From an uncultured Muribaculaceae bacterium (GTDB lineage Bacteria; Bacteroidota; Bacteroidia; Bacteroidales; Muribaculaceae): DNA of 64,000 bases. Position 1 is the first letter of the stretch. Each line of letters opens with the position of its first letter. Where the stretch lies: assembly GCA_910584905.1 (NCBI GenBank), contig CAJUCQ010000024.1, positions 4,964 to 68,963 of the forward strand, read 5' to 3'. The position numbers and the translations under genes were made by a program. Positions 58,331 through 64,000 of the stretch are shown here, piece after piece. The notes under the pieces were generated by a model. That model ran no database searches. It saw nothing but the letters and a program-made list of their open reading frames with translations, and was not told the origin of the DNA.

Positions 58331-59239
58331 TTAGAAGCGTACTTTGCGGGCGGTGCCGTCGGCGCTGATTTCGATGCAAAGGGTGCCGCGGCGGGGCGAC
58401 GTCAGGCGGCGGCCCGAGAGGTCGTAGTATGAGGCTTTGCCTGCGCTTTCGGTGCTGACGTTGTCGATGCCCGACGTTGACCCGTCGGTGCATGCGAAGG
58501 TCATGTCGGCGAGGTTGAGGGTCAGCGTGTAGGTGCCTGCTTCGCTGATATTCCATTTTGTGTCGTAGGTGTTGTTTTCGGTGAGGCGGTTGTAGTCGAT
58601 TGCGCCCGTGAGCCCGTCGATGGCGGGGTCATAGGGGTGGAGCCACGGGCCGCCCCAGTTGGCCCACGGGTTGCCGAGGAATTTGAATTCGCCGGCGTTG
58701 AGTTTCGTCGTGATTGTGAATACAAAGGGGTTGGATTCGGAGGCGTTGATGGCGAGAGCGTCGTTGAGGCTCCAGCCGCCGGGGGTGGCGTCGCCCACGG
58801 CATAGAGGATGTCGAAGCGCACCGCTTTTTCCTGATATGCGGCTTTTACGGCCGAGACAGTGAGATCGGCTACGTTGACCGTCACATTATAGTTGGCGCT
58901 TTCGGCTACTTGAAACTGCCAGTCGTTGTCGGTGGCGTTGGCGGCCACGATGTGCGATATATCCTTGGGGTCGGACGAAGCGTTGCGGAACTCAAGCTCC
59001 GAACCGTTATAGCCCGTGTCGCCCGTGAATTTGAAGTTGCTGTCGGCCTTGAGCCAGCCCGTATAGTGATACACGTTGTTGTCGGAGGCGTCCTGAGCCA
59101 TCAGCAGGCCGTCGTCGATGCTCCAGCCGCCGGGGGTGGCGTCGCCGATGATGAGAAGGTGGTCGAGGGCGGAAGCGCCGGGAGCGGCAAGCGCGAGGAG
59201 GGCGCCGGCGAGGGCGATGCGGGTAGAAATTTTTTTCAT
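58331..59239 (-). CDS. Non-catalytic two-domain SusE/SusF-like protein with SPI signal peptide and T9SS-like C-terminal tail
   Basis: ASA|L cleavage with no lipobox Cys; two GDATPGGWS domains; tail SGIDNVSTE...YYDLSGRRL...RGTLCIEISADGTARKVRF. Confidence 0.78.
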   Translation of the reverse strand: MKKISTRIALAGALLALAAPGASALDHLLIIGDATPGGWSIDDGLLMAQDASDNNVYHYTGWLKADSNFKFTGDTGYNGSELEFRNASSDPKDISHIVAANATDNDWQFQVAESANYNVTVNVADLTVSAVKAAYQEKAVRFDILYAVGDATPGGWSLNDALAINASESNPFVFTITTKLNAGEFKFLGNPWANWGGPWLHPYDPAIDGLTGAIDYNRLTENNTYDTKWNISEAGTYTLTLNLADMTFACTDGSTSGIDNVSTESAGKASYYDLSGRRLTSPRRGTLCIEISADGTARKVRF

Positions 59240-59317
59240 TTTCAGGTAAGTTTTGGTTAGGATTTATTTTTTAAGGTTGATTTTGATTCGCGGTAAAAAC
59301 GAGTCGTATTTCATCCG

Positions 59318-59450
59318 CAAAGGTAGGGACAAAAGCTCCCGATGCCTTGTGTGTATAGGGTTTAAGTAGTGTCGGTTGATTGCGGTACTATGTGATTGCT
59401 GTTGATATTCAACGATTTGGCGTCGGGTGTATGAGCATTAAAAAGTAGTG
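59318..59450 (-). promoter_or_regulatory. Promoter with putative SusR direct-repeat boxes
   Basis: TACCTTTG at 59318-25. CACTACTT on minus twice (59450-443 and 59371-364), 79 bp apart, with a central AA-N4-TTGA-N4-CAA. Confidence 0.65.
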
Positions 59451-59629
59451 CCCTGTTAGCGGGTGTGCGGCTTTGAGGGGGCGTCCGACCGGCCGACGGA
59501 CTCTTCAGACCTTGGCGCGTCAAGGGCCGGTTGCGGCCGGAAAAGTGTCGAATAACATATCCTTCGGCTTTGAAGTTCGGGCGCTTTGTTGTATCTTCGC
59601 ACCGATAATCTAAATACAAGTCTTACGAT

Positions 59630-61138
59630 ATGGACAAAAGTCTTAATCTTACGAAAAATGAAGTGGCGGCATGGCTCGGGAAGAGTCCCGCTGACTTCTC
59701 GCGCGAAGACATCGTGCGCTTTATCACCGAAAACGACGTGGAAATGGTCAATTTCATGTATCCCGCCGCTGACGGACGCCTTAAAACACTCAATTTTGTA
59801 ATCAACTCACTTGAATACCTCGAGACCATACTAACTCTCGGCGAACGCGTCGACGGCTCGTCGCTCTTCCAGTTTATAAGCGCCGGCTCATCCGACCTGT
59901 ATGTCGTCCCGCGTTACCGCACGGCCTTTGTCGACCCCTTCGCGCCGGTAAAGACCCTGACGATGCTTTGCTCATTCTTCGACAAGGACGGGCATCCGCT
60001 GGCATCGTCGCCCGAGGTTACTCTCGACAAGGCCTGCCGCCGCTTCACCGAGGCCACGGGCCTGCACTTCCATGCTATGGGCGAGCTGGAGTTCTACGTC
60101 ATAGCTCCCGATCCCGGCTCATTCCCTGCCACCGACCAGCGCGGCTACCACGAAAGCGGGCCGTTCGCTAAATTCAACGATTTCCGCACCCTTTGCATGA
60201 GCTATATAGCACGCACGGGCGGACAAATAAAGTACGGCCATTCCGAGGTGGGCAATTTCACGCTCAACGGCCTCGTCTACGAGCAGAACGAGATTGAATT
60301 TCTCCCCGTCGACGCCCGCGACGCCGCCGACCAGCTGATGCTCGCCAAGTGGGTGATTCGCAACCTTGCCTCAAAGATGGACCTCAATGTGACCTTCGCT
60401 CCCAAAATCACGATAGGCAAGGCCGGCTCGGGCCTCCACGTGCACATGCGCCTGATGCACCCCGACGGCCGCACCGCCATGCTTACGCCCGCGCGCACCC
60501 TCTCGGAGGCCGCTCTGCGCGGCATCGCCGGCATAATGGACCTCGCTCCGGCTCTCACGGCGTTCGGCAACACCAACCCCACGAGCTATTTCCGTCTCGT
60601 GCCTCATCAGGAAGCGCCCACCAACGTGTGCTGGGGCGACCGCAACCGCTCCGTGCTCGTGCGTGTGCCTCTCGGCTGGACGGCCGAGGCAGATATGTGC
60701 GCCGAGGCAAATCCCGGCAACCCCACGCCCGCCGATACGGACGCCTCGCGCAAGCAGACCTTCGAGATTCGCTCCGCCGACGGCTCCGCCGACATCTATC
60801 AGCTCATGGCCGGTCTGGCCGTTGCCGTGCGCCACGGCTTCGAGATGCCCGACGCCCTCGACGTGGCGCGCCACACTTACGTCGACGTCAACATCCACTC
60901 CGCCGAGAATGCCCCCAAACTCGCCTCGCTGGCCACGTTGCCCGTGTCGTGCGGCGACTCAGCTTCGTGCCTTGAAGCGAGAGCCGGAGTGTTCACCGAC
61001 AAGGACGTATTCTCGCAGGCGATGATCGACGGAGTGTGCTCGCATCTGCGCGCTCAGGACGATGAAAAGGCGCGCCACGCCCTTGAAGACCCCGACAAAA
61101 TGCTCGAAATGGTCAAAGACCACTTCCACTGCGGATAA
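59630..61138 (+). CDS. glnA: Glutamine synthetase, type I
   Basis: VDGSSLF, GELEFY, HSEVG, EQNEIEF, TFAPK, GSGLHVH, RLVPHQEAP, WGDRNRSVLVRVP and FEIRSAD. Confidence 0.92.
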   Translation: MDKSLNLTKNEVAAWLGKSPADFSREDIVRFITENDVEMVNFMYPAADGRLKTLNFVINSLEYLETILTLGERVDGSSLFQFISAGSSDLYVVPRYRTAFVDPFAPVKTLTMLCSFFDKDGHPLASSPEVTLDKACRRFTEATGLHFHAMGELEFYVIAPDPGSFPATDQRGYHESGPFAKFNDFRTLCMSYIARTGGQIKYGHSEVGNFTLNGLVYEQNEIEFLPVDARDAADQLMLAKWVIRNLASKMDLNVTFAPKITIGKAGSGLHVHMRLMHPDGRTAMLTPARTLSEAALRGIAGIMDLAPALTAFGNTNPTSYFRLVPHQEAPTNVCWGDRNRSVLVRVPLGWTAEADMCAEANPGNPTPADTDASRKQTFEIRSADGSADIYQLMAGLAVAVRHGFEMPDALDVARHTYVDVNIHSAENAPKLASLATLPVSCGDSASCLEARAGVFTDKDVFSQAMIDGVCSHLRAQDDEKARHALEDPDKMLEMVKDHFHCG

Positions 61139-61155
61139 ACCCGCACGACTGACTG

Positions 61156-62130
61156 ATGGATATACTCTTTCTAATCCTCGGGCTCGCGCTCATTCTCGCG
61201 GGAGCCAACATGCTTACCGACGGTGCCTCGGCGATTGCAAAACGCCGGGGCATCCCGGATATTGTCATCGGGCTGACGGTCGTGGCTTTCGGCACATCGG
61301 CCCCGGAATTCGTCATAAGTCTCCTTTCGGCCATCGAAGGCAGCACTGAACTGGCCATAGGCAACGCCGTGGGCAGTAATATATTCAACGTGCTTGCAAT
61401 CATCGGTATAACGGCGCTTGTGCGTCCTGTAAGCATAGAGCGCGGCATTCTTACGTCCGACATCCCTCTTGTCATCGTCTCGGCCCTCGCCCTCTTGGCC
61501 ATGGGCAGCGGTCCGTGGCTGGGCGACACTGCCGGGGCGAGAGTGCTCGGGCGCTCCGACGGCATCGTTCTGCTGCTATTTTTCGCCATATTCATGCGCT
61601 ACACCTTCGCTCAGGCGTCAGCCCCTGCGGCGCAGGCCGATGAAGCCGCCGCGGCCTCTGCGGCCATGCGCCCCATGAGCGCGTGGAAGTCGGCGCTGTG
61701 GGTTGTCCTCGGGCTTGCAGGCCTCATCGGCGGCGGCAGTCTCTTTGTCGACGGCGCTTCGGGCATAGCCTCGGCGCTCGGCGTCAGCGAAGCGGTGATA
61801 GGCCTCACCATTGTCGCAGCAGGGACATCCCTCCCCGAACTTGCCACGTCGGTCGTCTCGGCCCTAAAGGGCAAACCGGGCATTGCCGTGGGCAACGTCA
61901 TCGGCAGCAACATCTTCAATATATTTTTCGTGCTCGGAAGCGCGGCCACCGTGCGCCCGCTCTCATTCGGCTCCATCGGCGAGCCCGACCTCCTCGTCCT
62001 TGTCGGCGCGTGCTGTCTCTTCTGGCTCTTCGGCTGGTTTTTCAAGGCGCGGATAATCACACGCCTTGAGGGCGCCGTCCTCGCGGCTTGTTACGTCGCC
62101 TATACTGCATGGCTCGTTGCTTCGGCATAG
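61156..62130 (+). CDS. Calcium/sodium antiporter (CaCA, YrbG-like)
   Basis: Two alpha-repeats: GLTVVAFGTSAPE / GLTIVAAGTSLPE and GSNIFN twice. Confidence 0.93.
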   Translation: MDILFLILGLALILAGANMLTDGASAIAKRRGIPDIVIGLTVVAFGTSAPEFVISLLSAIEGSTELAIGNAVGSNIFNVLAIIGITALVRPVSIERGILTSDIPLVIVSALALLAMGSGPWLGDTAGARVLGRSDGIVLLLFFAIFMRYTFAQASAPAAQADEAAAASAAMRPMSAWKSALWVVLGLAGLIGGGSLFVDGASGIASALGVSEAVIGLTIVAAGTSLPELATSVVSALKGKPGIAVGNVIGSNIFNIFFVLGSAATVRPLSFGSIGEPDLLVLVGACCLFWLFGWFFKARIITRLEGAVLAACYVAYTAWLVASA

Positions 62131-62228
62131 GTCGTGCCGCATTTGCGGTAGTTAAAAAAAAATTAATCGCGGGGCGGCCGCGCATCGAAGTTTGTGGTGC
62201 GCTGATTTCCGGCCACTCATCCGTGCAT

Positions 62229-62275
62229 AAAAAACTGCCGCCTATCCCGGACGTGGGGGAGGCGGCAGTATTTTT
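62229..62275. terminator. Bidirectional intrinsic terminator
   Basis: ACTGCCGCCT / AGGCGGCAGT stem flanked by an A-run and a T-run between convergent genes. Confidence 0.8.
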
Positions 62276-62287
62276 CTTTTCAGATGT

Positions 62288-62845
62288 TTACTTTTCCTCG
62301 GCAGGCTTCATTTCGTAGGATGCTATGGCGAGGGTGAAGCCCCAGTAGATGAATGCTATCGAGGTCAGGAACGACACCATCATCATGTCGCTGACGTAGC
62401 CGGCCTCAAGGAAGAAGCACCCGATGAGGCAAAGCAGAATGCCGTTGATGAGTCCGAGCCACCAGTAGCGGCGGTTGGTGCGGCAACAGGCGCCGATAAG
62501 CGCCTCAGCGCCCCAGAAGATAAAGATAATGGCAAGAAAATAGGCGAATACAGCCTCGCTCAGGAGTATCGAGCGCACAAGCATAAAGCCTATGAACATG
62601 TCGATAATGCCCCCGGCGAGCCACCAGCCCCAGCCCTTGCCGTGGTGAGGCCCTGCGGCCACACAAAGCTGGACGATGCCTGCCAGAATTAGCAGCCAGC
62701 CGAAAATCTGAGATGCTATGGCATATCCGGCCGCCGGCCAGAACCAATATGTGAATCCGCCCAGCACAAGGAGAATGCCGACTGCGAGTACTACCCACCA
62801 TGCGCGGGTTTGTCCGAGATAGGAGAGGTTGACGAGAGGTTTCAT
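62288..62845 (-). CDS. HdeD/DUF308 family membrane protein
   Basis: Six TM helices; WWVVLAVGILLVLGG, FGWLLILAGIVQL and GWGWWLAGGIID. Confidence 0.8.
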   Translation of the reverse strand: MKPLVNLSYLGQTRAWWVVLAVGILLVLGGFTYWFWPAAGYAIASQIFGWLLILAGIVQLCVAAGPHHGKGWGWWLAGGIIDMFIGFMLVRSILLSEAVFAYFLAIIFIFWGAEALIGACCRTNRRYWWLGLINGILLCLIGCFFLEAGYVSDMMMVSFLTSIAFIYWGFTLAIASYEMKPAEEK

Positions 62846-63094
62846 GACTGAATGTGTTTTGTTAGATGTTTGAATATCAGTTAAACGTTGATTTCTTTAT
62901 TCGCGTCTTTTATATTCAATAACATCTTCACGGCGATTTAGTTTTGACTCCGATATTTTTTAGCCCTGCGTAAAACAAATTGCGCCGTGCTTCCGTTAAG
63001 AATGTAATTTCACTATTTATTTATCATCAACACCGGCCCGCCGCGCTCCGGACCCTCCATTGCCAAGGGCTGACTGACCGAAAACAACTATTTT

Positions 63095-64000
63095 ATGGAA
63101 AACTTCACCTATTATAGCCCTACACTGATAGAATTCGGCCGCGGAGCCGAAGAAAAGACAGGCGTGCTCACCTTCATGATGGGTGTGTCGAAAGTGCTCA
63201 TCGTCTATGGCCGGAAATACGTCCGCAACAACGGCCTCCTCGACCGTATCATCAACTCGCTTAACACTATCGGCATCGAATACGTCGAGCTTGGCGGCGT
63301 GTGCCCCAACCCCACCGACGGGCTTGTCCGCGAGGGCATCCGGCTTGCACGCGCCAAGGGCGTCGACGGGCTGCTCGCTATCGGCGGAGGTTCTGTCATC
63401 GACACGGCCAAGGCAATAGCCGCCGGCGTGAAATACGATGGTGATTTCTGGGACTTCTATACCGGCAAGAGCGAAGTCCGCGAGGCACTTCCCGTAGGGG
63501 TGGTGCTCACCGTCCCCGGTGCAGGCTCGGAAGGCTCGGGCAATTCGGTAATCACTCTCGAAGGTGGCGACAGCGCCCACAACGTCAAGCTCAGCCTGCG
63601 CACCGACAGCATCCTTAAGCCGCGTTTCGCCGTAATGAATCCCGAACTTACGTTCACTCTCTCGGCGCGGCAGACGGCCATAGGCATCGTCGACATGATG
63701 AGTCATATCATGGAGCGCTATTTCTCGAATTCAAACGCCGTCGAAGTCGGCGACCGCCTTGCCGAAGGCCTCTTGATGGCCCTGATAAACGAGGCGCCCA
63801 AGGCGATGGGTGACCCGACCGACTACCACGCACGCGCCAACATCGAATGGGTCGGCACTCTCGCCCACAACGGCATCACCGGCTGCGGCCGCCGCGAAGA
63901 CTGGACCTCGCATGCGCTGGAGCACGAGATTTCGGCCGAATACCCCGACGTGGCCCACGGAGCCGGACTGGCCGTCGTCTTCCCGGCATGGATGGCATAT
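63095..64000 (+). CDS. Iron-containing alcohol dehydrogenase (BdhA/YqhD-like), 3'-truncated; not in ORF track
   Basis: Hand translation MENFTYYSPTLIEFGRG...GGVCPNP...AIGGGSVIDTAK...GAGSEGS...DMMSHIMERYF...SHALEHE...HGAGLA; open to the window end. Confidence 0.92.
   Translation, partial: MENFTYYSPTLIEFGRGAEEKTGVLTFMMGVSKVLIVYGRKYVRNNGLLDRIINSLNTIGIEYVELGGVCPNPTDGLVREGIRLARAKGVDGLLAIGGGSVIDTAKAIAAGVKYDGDFWDFYTGKSEVREALPVGVVLTVPGAGSEGSGNSVITLEGGDSAHNVKLSLRTDSILKPRFAVMNPELTFTLSARQTAIGIVDMMSHIMERYFSNSNAVEVGDRLAEGLLMALINEAPKAMGDPTDYHARANIEWVGTLAHNGITGCGRREDWTSHALEHEISAEYPDVAHGAGLAVVFPAWMAY

Noticed and set aside
49937..59152. Identical 35-nt sequence at 49937-49971 and 59118-59152, with shorter copies near 50310, 50675 and 58770
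   Set aside because: Not CRISPR or mobile-element repeats. All copies encode the conserved GDATPGGWS motif in preferred codons and are irregularly spaced inside genes.
59362..59619. 85-aa minus-strand ORF between the SusE/F-T9SS gene and glnA
   Set aside because: It runs across operator boxes and the glnA promoter, has atypical codons and shows no recognisable features.

Overview
A high-GC (~60%) Bacteroidales chromosome segment, most likely Muribaculaceae-like. The assignment rests on TAnnTTTG -7 promoter boxes, SusC/SusD/SusR genes, SprA and T9SS-type C-terminal domains (CTDs). Most of the window is housekeeping: nadE, an amino acid symporter, tamB, fadL, a PBP1A operon, clpB, ruvA-sprA, a CoA-transferase, miaB, an SF1 helicase, glnA, a Ca/Na antiporter, hdeD and an iron-containing ADH. 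There are two alpha-glucan clusters. (1) 10.7-22.5 kb holds GT3 glycogen synthase, glgP, a T9SS-secreted GH13 and malQ. It is interrupted by a lower-GC two-gene cassette, an SGNH hydrolase frameshifted at a C10 tract plus a small T9SS-CTD protein, whose products share a 25-aa module. (2) 48.2-59.5 kb is a SusR-type PUL whose only enzyme resembles GH27 isomalto-dextranase. It also has a five-domain SusE/F lipoprotein, and upstream a non-catalytic SusE/F-domain protein with a T9SS-like tail whose promoter has the same operator layout as susC. I found no rRNA, tRNA, CRISPR array, integrase or transposase. All family assignments come from motif recognition by eye, with no database searches.
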